From: a virus
Direction: 5' to 3' (one strand)
Virus record (IMG/VR): IMGVR_UViG_3300044733_003647
Location: 32,001 to 96,000 of that record
DNA length: 64,000 nucleotides
The notes under the pieces were generated by a model that ran no database searches, was not told the DNA's origin, and saw nothing but the letters and a program-made list of their open reading frames with translations. This document shows positions 27,805 to 37,203 of the stretch, one piece after another (within the stretch, counting starts at the first letter, position 1; every line of letters starts with the position of its first letter). Position numbers and translations under genes: made by a program.

Positions 27805-29440
27805 TCCAGTAGCGCAAACATTTATCATAGATGGTCAGAATTTTCCATCTGGAGCTTTTTTAAGTTCCGTTAATTTGTTTTTCAGAACAAAACCATCAAC
27901 GAGTGTGCCTGTTCGTGTTTGCATATTACCAACTCTTAATGGTTATCCAACTGGACAACCATTACAGTATTCTATTGTTAGTTTGCCTTCTACTTCTGTT
28001 AATGTATCTGAAACACCACACTATCTGAATTCAAATACATATACAAATTTTGCCTTTTCGTCACCGGTTTATATTAACCCGGATCAATTATACGCAATAG
28101 TTGTACAGTCATCTTCAGATGATTATACTTTATGGTGTTCACAACAAGGTGATACTGCACTATTATCAACATCAAAAGCTCTGCCAACAGACGTTAATCC
28201 ACCATCACCAACAAAGATTGTTACGACACCATATGTTGGTGATTTATTTGAGTCGCAGAATGGATTGACTTGGACAGCCGATTTATTAAAAGATTTGATG
28301 TTTACAATTAATAGATGTAAGTTTAGTACCAATACATCACCATCAATTTCATTTGTTGTTCCGGCAGGATTACCGGAAAGAAGAAGAATCGAATCGACTA
28401 CAGCTCTTGCTGCAGCCAATTCCATATATGATGCACTCAACCTATCCACAACAGACTTAACACCACCAGGAACATCTCTTACATATCAGTACACAACGAC
28501 ACTAGAGTCTGGTATATCCGATGGTCCATACAGTGTGGTTCCAGGAAAATATGGAACACCAAAATCAGAAGATGTTAGTCTGAATGACAACAAAGGATCA
28601 AGAGTATTAAATTATACCGCAAATGATTCATTCAAATTACAAGTTACTTTATCAACGGATAATGATGCGGTAAGTCCAGCAATTGCAGAAGATGGATTGA
28701 ACCTATGGACAATTCGTTATAGAATTAATAACATGGGTATTTCGAATGATGATATTTTCTTAATTACTGGTGGAATTGGCTACTTAGCTAATGCAAACGG
28801 AACAATTTCTTATCCTCAAATTAGCGTTTCTGCACCAGATTTGGATGTTGGCGAACAAGCTTATGTTTCCGCCAACATTCAGTCTGGAAATATTGTCAGT
28901 GTGTATGTTACATCAGAAGGTTCTGGATATCTGACAACACCAACAATTACTATTTCAAACACATCAAACGTGTCTGCGAACGTAATTATTGCTGGTGAAA
29001 CTTCACCTTCCGGTGGAAATAGCAGAGCCAGATACATTACACAGATTGTCACATTAGCTGAAGGCAGCGATTCGGGTGACTTAAGGGTTTACACATCAGC
29101 CTATAGACCAACAAATTCCGACATTCATGTGTATTATAAAATTGTGGCTAGAGATGATACACAGAAAATTGAAGAAGGTGATTGGAAACTAATGACAATT
29201 ACAAGTGGTGCTGGAAGATATTCGACAAGTTTTTCCGATATCATTGAATATGAATTTTCACCAGGAACCTTAAATGTTGCGGATGAATTTGTAAGTTATA
29301 CCAGTAAAGCCAATGGGCTTTCTTACACATCATTCTATCAGTTTATGATCAAGGTTGTTATGTCATCTTCTGATTCAACATTTGCACCATTCTTGGATGA
29401 TATAAGAGCGATTGCTCTACCACCAGGAACAGGACTATAA
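27785..29440 (+). CDS. VrlC/DUF4815-like protein, C-terminal part
   Basis: Begins DPVAQTF...F.SSV.LFF..KP and contains LF.SQNG.TW...DL.F, motifs that in my recollection of homologues belong to the C-terminal part of the preceding large protein. Confidence 0.75.
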   Translation: MSSSTIDPVAQTFIIDGQNFPSGAFLSSVNLFFRTKPSTSVPVRVCILPTLNGYPTGQPLQYSIVSLPSTSVNVSETPHYLNSNTYTNFAFSSPVYINPDQLYAIVVQSSSDDYTLWCSQQGDTALLSTSKALPTDVNPPSPTKIVTTPYVGDLFESQNGLTWTADLLKDLMFTINRCKFSTNTSPSISFVVPAGLPERRRIESTTALAAANSIYDALNLSTTDLTPPGTSLTYQYTTTLESGISDGPYSVVPGKYGTPKSEDVSLNDNKGSRVLNYTANDSFKLQVTLSTDNDAVSPAIAEDGLNLWTIRYRINNMGISNDDIFLITGGIGYLANANGTISYPQISVSAPDLDVGEQAYVSANIQSGNIVSVYVTSEGSGYLTTPTITISNTSNVSANVIIAGETSPSGGNSRARYITQIVTLAEGSDSGDLRVYTSAYRPTNSDIHVYYKIVARDDTQKIEEGDWKLMTITSGAGRYSTSFSDIIEYEFSPGTLNVADEFVSYTSKANGLSYTSFYQFMIKVVMSSSDSTFAPFLDDIRAIALPPGTGL

Positions 29441-29441
29441 G

Positions 29442-29669
29442 ATGTTAGTCAAAGTAGAAGGCACCAATCTGTATCGCGATACAGAAACCATGGCTTTAAT
29501 TAATAGAGACACCAAAGAAAAAAATGATTATATAATGAAGTCTCGTTTAATTAAGAACCAAAAAGATCAAATAAATACCGTCAAAGAAGAAATAGAAGTC
29601 ATCAAAGGCGAAATGTCAGAAATTAAACAGTTGATGATAAAACTACTCGAAAAAGGTTCAAATGGCTAA
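29442..29669 (+). CDS. Small coiled-coil protein
   Basis: MLVKVEG.NLYRD..T.ALIN...EI..IK..M.EIK.L; overlaps the next start. Confidence 0.65.
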   Translation: MLVKVEGTNLYRDTETMALINRDTKEKNDYIMKSRLIKNQKDQINTVKEEIEVIKGEMSEIKQLMIKLLEKGSNG

Positions 29670-32667
29670 TACAGTTACATCGTTAAGTTACGCAAACACA
29701 TTTGGTGAGTGGGTTGTTGCGACTAATAGTCTTATTAGAGAGAATAATGATCTTGCGGCAAATGATTATGTTAAAAGTACAGGTACAATTTACCTAAATG
29801 AAACTACACAAAACTCTCTTCAATCAAACGGAACTGTAATTATACAGAAAGAACTGCTTGTACAAGGTACAGGTTCATCTGCGACAGTACAAAATAATTT
29901 AAACGTTGGCAGTCAACTGTATCTAACAAATGGCGCACTAAGTTTAGTTGCATCAGGTCAAGCAAACGTTGCTGGTCAGATTAACGGGCAAGCTTCTGGT
30001 ATTGGTCTGTTTATTGCAAACAATGCACACATTGGTGGAACTACAGTTTCTGCTGTTAGACTGACAACAGGAGTTTTGCAGGCAAACTCTTCTGTTAATA
30101 CATCAAACGCATCGATTGTTAATACATTATTCACTAAAGATTTACAGGCAAATTCAACAGTTAATACAGCAACCGCTTCTGTAACTGGTACCACATTTAC
30201 CAATGTACTACAAGCCAACACATCAACAAACACAAGTAATGCTTCGATTGTTGGAACGACATACACCGGTATGTTACAAGCCAATACTTCTGCAACTGTT
30301 GGTACATTGCAAGCTAATACATCCACAAATACTGCAACTGCGTCCGTAACAGGCACAACATTTACTAATGTGTTGCAGGCAAATACGTCAACTAACACCG
30401 CGACAGCATCCGTAACTGGTACTACATTTACCAGTGTGTTGCAAGCCAATACATCGACAAATACTGCCACAGCATCTGTCACAGGCATCACATTTACTAA
30501 TGTATTACAAGCCAATACTTCTTCAAATACCAGAACAGCTTCCGTAACAGGAACAACATTCACTGGTTCATTACAGGCTAATACATCGACAAATACTGCC
30601 ACAGCATCTGTCACAGGCACAACATTTACGGACATTTTACAAGCGAATACGACCGCAATAGTTGGTACATTACAGGCCAACACAACTGTAATTGCACCAA
30701 CATCATCCGTATCTGGTACAACATTCACCAATGTTTTACAGGCCAATTCGACCGTCAACACAGCAACAGTATCTGTAACTGGTACAGTAATTACAAATGA
30801 AGTTGCAGCAAACACATCTGTAAATTCTCCATTAGTTGTTGCGAATAATATTACATCAAACAACACAATTACTGCAAATAATATTTTTCTTTCTAATGTA
30901 TTGAATGGAAATACAAGCACTGCTTATTTTAATAGTATACTTGTTCAAGGTGGTGGTCTAACAATTAATGGAAATTTTGTTTTAACTGGAACAACAGTTT
31001 ATACAGCAAATACATTCTTACTTTCCGCCAACGTATCAACCGCAGTATCCAGTTTCTACAATGTTGACAGAGGTTCAACTGGCGTCGATGCTGCATTTCG
31101 TTGGAATGAACCTGCCAAATATTGGGACACATTGAATGTCACTTCAAACACATATTATCGTGTATTGACTGATGAATATTTCAACGATACATTAACATCG
31201 ACTAGCACAACATCTGTTGCAACTGCAAACGCAGTTAACGCATTAAATACACTTTATAATACATCAAATACGTTCTTGCAAGCTGGTGTTATTTCTGCTG
31301 GTTTGTATGCAAACGGAGCATTCTTAAGAGCTAATGCTGCATATAATTCTCAAAATACAACTGGCACATACGCAAATAATGCATATGCACAGGCAAATAC
31401 AGCAACTAATAACGCAGCTGGTGCATCACTTTATGCCAATGGTGCTTTCATACAAGCCAATGCAGCGTTTTTGGTAGCAAATACAGCAACTAATAACGCA
31501 GCTGGTGCATCACTTTATGCCAATGGTTCTTTCATACAAGCTAATGCTGCGTTCTTGAGAGCCAATACACCAGATGCTATAGCGAATTCGGCTGCACTAT
31601 ATGCAAATGGTGCTTTTACACAAGCAAACACTGCGACCACTAATGCAGCCACAGCCGACAGTAAAGCAGTAACAGCTGGTTCTTATGCTAACTCCGCATA
31701 CGGACAAGCAAACACTGCTACAACCAATGCAGCAATAGCAGACTCCAAAGCTGTTACGGCTGGTTCTTATGCAAACTCAGCATATGGTCAGGCTAATACC
31801 GCAACTAATAATGCCGCAGGTGCTTCTCTATACGCCAATGGTGCTTTTAGACAAGCTAATGCTGGTTACGCTCAAGCGAACACTGCAACAACCAATGCTG
31901 CAACAGCAGACTCTAAAGCTGTCACTGCCGGATCATATGCAAACTCCGCATTCACTCAAGCCAATTCGGCTTTCTCAACAGCAAGTAGTGCATTGAATGC
32001 AAGTAATCTTTCCAGTGGTACTGTTCCTCTCGCTAGACTGAGTGGCATCACAACCACACAATTGAGTGCTAGTGCTGGTATTACGAATACACAGTTGTCA
32101 AGTAGCACAATTTCTGGTGTTTCCTTGGGTGGAACTTTATCTTCACACTCAGCGGGAACATATTTGGTTGGTGATGTTTACAATGGCAGCACATCAAGAA
32201 CATGGTCTGTTGATGCCACGACAACAGGTACCGCAAATAAAATTGCTGCAAGAGATGGTTCGGGTGACATATACGCAACAGTGTTCAGAGGTCTTGCAAC
32301 TAGTGCCAACTACGCTGACTTGGCAGAAAAGTATTTGGCTGATCAAGAATATGAAGTTGGAACAGTTGTTGCTGTTGGTGGCGAAGCAGAAGTTACCGCT
32401 GGTTCATATGGAGATAGAGCAATCGGAGTAGTATCTGCTCATCCTGCTTATATGATGAACAGTGAACTGGAAGGTGGAACTTATATTGCACTTAAAGGTA
32501 GGGTTCCAGTGAAAGTATCTGGCACTGTGCGTAAAGGACAACGTTTGGTTGCATATAACAACGGTACGGCTGTTGCAGCAGTGCCACATGCAAATGACGT
32601 TTTCGCAATCGCACTAGAATCGAGTGATGATACTGGAGTAAAACTAATTGAAGCAGTGATTTTATAA
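29662..32667 (+). CDS. Long tail fibre-like protein with a putative C-terminal autocleaving chaperone domain
   Basis: 1001 aa with 22-aa LQANT repeats and ANxAY helical repeats. C-terminal YADLAEKY...GVVS..PAY.MN...ALKGRVPVKV resembles peptidase G2/intramolecular-chaperone domains. Confidence 0.7.
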   Translation: MANTVTSLSYANTFGEWVVATNSLIRENNDLAANDYVKSTGTIYLNETTQNSLQSNGTVIIQKELLVQGTGSSATVQNNLNVGSQLYLTNGALSLVASGQANVAGQINGQASGIGLFIANNAHIGGTTVSAVRLTTGVLQANSSVNTSNASIVNTLFTKDLQANSTVNTATASVTGTTFTNVLQANTSTNTSNASIVGTTYTGMLQANTSATVGTLQANTSTNTATASVTGTTFTNVLQANTSTNTATASVTGTTFTSVLQANTSTNTATASVTGITFTNVLQANTSSNTRTASVTGTTFTGSLQANTSTNTATASVTGTTFTDILQANTTAIVGTLQANTTVIAPTSSVSGTTFTNVLQANSTVNTATVSVTGTVITNEVAANTSVNSPLVVANNITSNNTITANNIFLSNVLNGNTSTAYFNSILVQGGGLTINGNFVLTGTTVYTANTFLLSANVSTAVSSFYNVDRGSTGVDAAFRWNEPAKYWDTLNVTSNTYYRVLTDEYFNDTLTSTSTTSVATANAVNALNTLYNTSNTFLQAGVISAGLYANGAFLRANAAYNSQNTTGTYANNAYAQANTATNNAAGASLYANGAFIQANAAFLVANTATNNAAGASLYANGSFIQANAAFLRANTPDAIANSAALYANGAFTQANTATTNAATADSKAVTAGSYANSAYGQANTATTNAAIADSKAVTAGSYANSAYGQANTATNNAAGASLYANGAFRQANAGYAQANTATTNAATADSKAVTAGSYANSAFTQANSAFSTASSALNASNLSSGTVPLARLSGITTTQLSASAGITNTQLSSSTISGVSLGGTLSSHSAGTYLVGDVYNGSTSRTWSVDATTTGTANKIAARDGSGDIYATVFRGLATSANYADLAEKYLADQEYEVGTVVAVGGEAEVTAGSYGDRAIGVVSAHPAYMMNSELEGGTYIALKGRVPVKVSGTVRKGQRLVAYNNGTAVAAVPHANDVFAIALESSDDTGVKLIEAVIL
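30075..30800 (+). repeat. About 10 degenerate 22-aa repeats (LQANTSTNTATASVTGTTFTNV)
   Basis: Directly visible in the translation and as a 66-nt period in the DNA. Confidence 0.9.
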
Positions 32668-32738
32668 ATTTCGAAATCCTGAGATCCGGCCCGAAAAAAA
32701 TCGCCGCGCATCTCAGGTTCCGAAAAGTCATTTTTACT
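32666..32738. ncRNA. Intergenic structured element, copy B, directly upstream of the radical SAM cassette
   Basis: AATTTCGAAAT-CCTGAGAT-CCGGCCC...GCCG-cgc-ATCTCAGG-TTCCGAAAAGTC-ATTTTTACT; perfect 8-bp stem CCTGAGAT/ATCTCAGG. Confidence 0.45.
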
Positions 32739-32749
32739 TTTTGATTGTT

Positions 32750-33265
32750 ATGATTACACTAGATGAGTTTGAAAACTTCTTACACACCGATTTGGTATAT
32801 GAACAGAAAATAATCTCTGTCATTGATGATCAATCGCGTCAAATATTTCTGGATGGAATTGGTGAACTATATAAACATACAGGCAGCACCATAAAACTGG
32901 AACAAATGGAAAAATACAGTCAAAGTATTTTTCAGAAATGCCAGAACCTTAGAAAAAAATACTCACATAATGGTCCGGTAACTTGTCATGCATTTCTGGC
33001 ATTCAAAGGTTCCAAAAGTTTTGGTTTGCATATAGATCCGGATGATGTTATAATTGAATGTATTTTCGGCTCAAAAACTCTGTTTGTTAATGATGTGAAA
33101 AATGTATTGAAAAGTGGTGACTGTATCTATATACCAGCCAACACACCACATGAGATCATTAATGAAGACAAGTCTTTGATATTGAGTTTTGGATTAGAAA
33201 AATTTTATGTTGAAAAGATAAATCATGGACTTAATGTTCTATTTGAAGACGACGGAAACTTGTAA
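32750..33265 (+). CDS. JmjC/cupin-type oxygenase
   Basis: SFGLHIDPDDV (HxD), G.K, and GD.IYIPANTPH (distal His), as in YcfD/ROXA-like cupins. Confidence 0.7.
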   Translation: MITLDEFENFLHTDLVYEQKIISVIDDQSRQIFLDGIGELYKHTGSTIKLEQMEKYSQSIFQKCQNLRKKYSHNGPVTCHAFLAFKGSKSFGLHIDPDDVIIECIFGSKTLFVNDVKNVLKSGDCIYIPANTPHEIINEDKSLILSFGLEKFYVEKINHGLNVLFEDDGNL

Positions 33266-34280
33266 CTTAAACTGTTTACATTGTTTTACCAGTGGTTCCA
33301 AAGGCGCAAAGATATATTGGAATCACATCAAGGTTGCCGACTGGTTACACAGAATGGCAGCACAAACACAATATGCACCACACGTTCACTTTGAATTTCA
33401 TGGTGGCGAACCATTCTTGGCAGATATATCTTCTATGCAGTATGTGTATGACAATTGCCAGAACTTATGGAAAAGTCAAAGTTGGGGCATCACAACCAAT
33501 CTGGCTTTCAAACTAGACCAAGAAAAAATAGACTTCATTATGGGTCCATTGGGTGGCAGAGTCGGTACCAGTTGGGATCCAGATATTCGATTTGCAAATC
33601 CTAAACAGTATGATCTGTGGAGAAAGAATGTGCAGACACTGATTGATATGGGTGTCGTTGTGAAACTATTCATCAGTGTAACTAAAGGCACGATTGCAAT
33701 TGAACCTATCGAACTACTAGAGTGGGTCAGATCACTCGGTGTCAAAGAACTGGCACTAGAAAGACTGACGATGAACGGCAGTGCCAAACAAAACCTACAT
33801 ATATTTCCCACAAATGTGGAACAGGACGAATGGTTTCTGAAGATGCACCATCAGAGTGAAGAACATGGTGCAAGAGGTTGGTTTGATAATGAATTTCTGG
33901 AAACGGTGTACAATAAATTCGAAACGGGTTTCACCGCAGGCGGAACATTCTGTAGAGATTGTGAAGAGAAGTTATTCACACTAAATGCGGATGGAACCAT
34001 ATCTGGATGCCCAAATTCTGCACCGGAGTTTCAATTTGGCACGATAGATGATGATATAGAAAGCCTTATAAATAGTCCAACCAGATTGGAAAACATTGCA
34101 TGTGAAAGGTCTAGGGATCCTAGATGTTATTCGTGTGATGTATTTGAATATTGTGGCGGAGATTGTCATCAACTAGAATGGGAAAATGATGTGTGTGGTG
34201 CACCAAAAAGTTTGATGAGATTCTTAAAAAGCAATCAAAAAAGAAAAGTATGGATATTAAAAGATGGCAACATTAACTAA
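33225..34280 (+). CDS. Radical SAM/SPASM protein 1
   Basis: TETCNLNCLHCF (CxxxCxxC), FHGGEP, and C-terminal CRDC...GCP...CYSC...CGGDC...C. Confidence 0.9.
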   Translation: MDLMFYLKTTETCNLNCLHCFTSGSKGAKIYWNHIKVADWLHRMAAQTQYAPHVHFEFHGGEPFLADISSMQYVYDNCQNLWKSQSWGITTNLAFKLDQEKIDFIMGPLGGRVGTSWDPDIRFANPKQYDLWRKNVQTLIDMGVVVKLFISVTKGTIAIEPIELLEWVRSLGVKELALERLTMNGSAKQNLHIFPTNVEQDEWFLKMHHQSEEHGARGWFDNEFLETVYNKFETGFTAGGTFCRDCEEKLFTLNADGTISGCPNSAPEFQFGTIDDDIESLINSPTRLENIACERSRDPRCYSCDVFEYCGGDCHQLEWENDVCGAPKSLMRFLKSNQKRKVWILKDGNIN

Positions 34281-34836
34281 CCCTATAAGAACACAAAACA
34301 TCGTTGATAGATTTGCAGATTACGTAACCGCAACATCAGCTTCAGGTATTTCATGGGGCACAAACGCATATCCATTTGCAGAATTTGATGGTGGATATTT
34401 TGGTGGTTCAACTAGTGGAAGAGCAATAGGCATAAATGGAGGAAGTATTGGTTCTTCCGGCACAAGAATTACAGCATCAAATATTTACAATACACTTGTG
34501 AATGAAACTGCGGCATACACTTCAATCAGGAACTTACGTGCGATATTGTTTGTCGATGGCGCCGGTGGCAACACCGGTTCACGCCCAACACCCGGTGTTA
34601 TTTACGACCAAACAGCTGTTGCGTACATGAACGGTAGTTATCTTCAAAGCATTGGTACACCAGCAAATAATGGTGTAGCTTCCGGAAATGTCGCGTCTGC
34701 CACAAATCTAGAATCATTCTTTAACACATTAAGAAGTACATATAATAGTGCAAGAGGAAGTACAGTGACTATACAAGTTAACGTCTGTCATGCTTCTTGC
34801 CATTCGTCATGCCATGGTTCGCGTTCTAGGAGATAA
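34264..34836 (+). CDS. Virion-like protein with C-terminal (CHxS)3 motif; candidate substrate of the cassette
   Basis: 190 aa, rich in G/S/T/N/A like the neighbouring fibre proteins and unlike the K/E-rich enzymes. All three Cys and all three His are in the terminal VCHASCHSSCHGSRSRR. Confidence 0.7.
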   Translation: MATLTNPIRTQNIVDRFADYVTATSASGISWGTNAYPFAEFDGGYFGGSTSGRAIGINGGSIGSSGTRITASNIYNTLVNETAAYTSIRNLRAILFVDGAGGNTGSRPTPGVIYDQTAVAYMNGSYLQSIGTPANNGVASGNVASATNLESFFNTLRSTYNSARGSTVTIQVNVCHASCHSSCHGSRSRR

Positions 34837-34838
34837 TA

Positions 34839-35558
34839 ATGAATGTCGTTGAAACAACTGCGCCAGTATCTATTGATAATTTAAAAAAATATTTCACAGA
34901 CAAAACAACTTTTTTTGTTATCAACTATAAAGACAGTACCTTAAAAGGTTCAAAACTTTTGACATATATTTCCAACCTGGACATACCATGTGATATCTCT
35001 TTTAAAGATTGTTCGAATGAAGAATGCTTTGAAATGATCAAAGATTACTTGAATACATCCATGATTGTTAATGTTCCATCTTTAGAAAGTTCTACGATTG
35101 CAATTCTTCATCAAGCAAAAGGATTGATACCGCCGATTGATAAAGAATTCATTGAACAGAATAGAGAAATTTTGAATAAATGGATATCTAAACTGGAAAG
35201 TTTGACTCTTTATAATATGCATATCATCAAAGATGATGCATTTAAACAGTTCGTTGATAGTTTTCCGGTTGATGATACAAAAGAAATGAACGGAGTTAAT
35301 TTCATAAGTCTGTTAAAACACAAAAATTTATATTCGTTCTTTCAGAACACAAATCAAAACAGTTTAAAATTTTATTCACACTATTTTAATGAGTACGTTT
35401 TTAAAGGTAAGAATTTATTTTCTTACTGGGCAAACGAAAACAATCCTTTATTTTTGCTTACATATGGTATCGCTGAAGGGCTGGTTAAAGAAAATGAATA
35501 CGTTGAAATGAAAAATAAAACTATTCAGGAGTTTAAAGATGTTTCATCTGTTCAATAA
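34839..35558 (+). CDS. Hypothetical protein of the radical SAM cassette
   Basis: 239 aa, coupled to both neighbours; no motif recognised. Confidence 0.7.
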   Translation: MNVVETTAPVSIDNLKKYFTDKTTFFVINYKDSTLKGSKLLTYISNLDIPCDISFKDCSNEECFEMIKDYLNTSMIVNVPSLESSTIAILHQAKGLIPPIDKEFIEQNREILNKWISKLESLTLYNMHIIKDDAFKQFVDSFPVDDTKEMNGVNFISLLKHKNLYSFFQNTNQNSLKFYSHYFNEYVFKGKNLFSYWANENNPLFLLTYGIAEGLVKENEYVEMKNKTIQEFKDVSSVQ

Positions 35559-36576
35559 AGTTTATATCGTTTCAGATAGTTTGATTGATATAAACTTTGA
35601 TAGAGTGGTGCTATCGGAGAAGTATGGAATTAAAATGTCCGAACAATTGGACAAAGTTTCATATGGTGAGTTATTAATGTATGCAGACAAATTTGCAAAT
35701 CTGGGAAAATCTTTCGATAATTTTGTAAAAGCACTACACGATCATAGTTCAAAAACAAACAAAAGTGTTTTGGTGTATGTTGATGACAAAAATTTTATCG
35801 AATTGACAAGTAATTGGTTAATTAGACTATTCAAAAATATGGATGCAAGCACTGCTTGGTTCGTTGTTGATTCTTATCTAAAGAAAACGAAGAAAAGCCA
35901 ATCTTGGAGAAATAATCACTCTTCTTCACAAGTAGAAATATACAAAGATGTGAGTGAAACAGAATTCAAAAAAGTATTTGGTGGTCTTACTATTGACAAA
36001 GTTGATGCAGTGTATACCACAATCAGAGAACAGATAAGTTTAGAATTTTTAGTCGCGTCTTATAAACATGATGGTTCAAACTTACCACAATTAATTGTTT
36101 CTTTAGAAAAAATTCTAAAAAGAACACTACAAGAAATATTGTTGGAGATAAAACACACTGTGTATAAGAACCAACATAAACCCAACTTTAATATTCCATT
36201 CGATGAAACATTTTTTGGCAATTCAACACTGTATAAATCTGAACTACTTGGTAAAGTTGGTGAAGCATCGAATGTTGATATCATAAATTCTTCCGAAGAA
36301 GACATTAAGAAATTCAAAGATATAGCCAAACAAGTCTATATGAATTGGGATAAATTCTCTGAGAATTCTCCCATCATCAAGAAACTGGACTTGCTTGATC
36401 TGCTGCGCGGCGGCTTAACAAAAGAAGAAGTCGATAAAGTTTTACAGATGGAAAAAGAAGATACATCGAACAGTAGAGTTTATCCATCTAGCGACGAAGA
36501 ACACATCAACATCTACTTGTTGGATCATGTATTAAATCAAAACTCGGAACAATTGAAATCATATCAACTTAGATGA
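35539..36576 (+). CDS. Hypothetical protein of the radical SAM cassette
   Basis: 345 aa, SD AGGAG, overlaps both neighbours; no motif recognised. Confidence 0.7.
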   Translation: MFHLFNKVYIVSDSLIDINFDRVVLSEKYGIKMSEQLDKVSYGELLMYADKFANLGKSFDNFVKALHDHSSKTNKSVLVYVDDKNFIELTSNWLIRLFKNMDASTAWFVVDSYLKKTKKSQSWRNNHSSSQVEIYKDVSETEFKKVFGGLTIDKVDAVYTTIREQISLEFLVASYKHDGSNLPQLIVSLEKILKRTLQEILLEIKHTVYKNQHKPNFNIPFDETFFGNSTLYKSELLGKVGEASNVDIINSSEEDIKKFKDIAKQVYMNWDKFSENSPIIKKLDLLDLLRGGLTKEEVDKVLQMEKEDTSNSRVYPSSDEEHINIYLLDHVLNQNSEQLKSYQLR

Positions 36577-37202
36577 AACAAAATGATTATTATGATTTAG
36601 GTTTTTTTCAATCGAATGTACCTGATGATATCTTGAAATTACTTTGGTCGGAAGTTTATCTGACTGAGTGGATGAATGATTCGGAAGAGGGTATCTACAA
36701 ACAAATACCTTCTTGGTACAAAAAGAAAAACAAATATGAATTGAAGAAAGATGGTTCAAATAGATCCGAATATGAACGTCTGATTGGAAAAGAAGTTTTC
36801 GAAAAGACTCCGATCACACTGATAAAAATTGGCAATAAACTTATAGAGAATGATCAATTTGATTTTTTCAGAACTTACTACAAATCACACGAATTAAAAT
36901 ACATTGATCTCTGGAATGGTTCAGAGAGTATAGATTACCATTTCGATACGATAAATGGATGTGACACGCTCATTCTGATTTATCTTACAGACTCCGAAAA
37001 GTGGTCGAGTGAATGGGGCGGTTCTATAACCATGAAGAAACAAGTCGGCAACATTTGTCATTATGAACAAAAAATTCTTCCTAATAATGGAACTATGTTG
37101 GTTATAAACAATGCAAACCCACTTGTCATGCACAAGGTAGAAAAACTTCATAACACATCAATAAATAGATACACCTTCTCTTTTATTTACAAGTGGTTTT
37201 AA
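36573..37202 (+). CDS. 2OG-Fe(II) oxygenase (prolyl-hydroxylase-like)
   Basis: YHFD (HxD), LIYL...W..EWGG, HKV (distal His) and RYTF (2OG-binding Arg). Confidence 0.85.
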   Translation: MKQNDYYDLGFFQSNVPDDILKLLWSEVYLTEWMNDSEEGIYKQIPSWYKKKNKYELKKDGSNRSEYERLIGKEVFEKTPITLIKIGNKLIENDQFDFFRTYYKSHELKYIDLWNGSESIDYHFDTINGCDTLILIYLTDSEKWSSEWGGSITMKKQVGNICHYEQKILPNNGTMLVINNANPLVMHKVEKLHNTSINRYTFSFIYKWF

Positions 37203-37203
37203 A

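Noticed and set aside
11103-29440. Stop-codon reassignment as an explanation for the split gp5 and split VrlC-like genes
   Set aside because: Core genes are intact under the standard code, the pieces are mostly in different frames or separated by TAA, and several downstream pieces have a clear SD.
29976-30920. 314-aa minus-strand ORF with periodic Cys (VLACN repeats), superficially a Cys-rich rSAM substrate
   Set aside because: It is the reverse complement of the LQANT fibre repeats; the Cys codons are forced by the sense-strand repeat.
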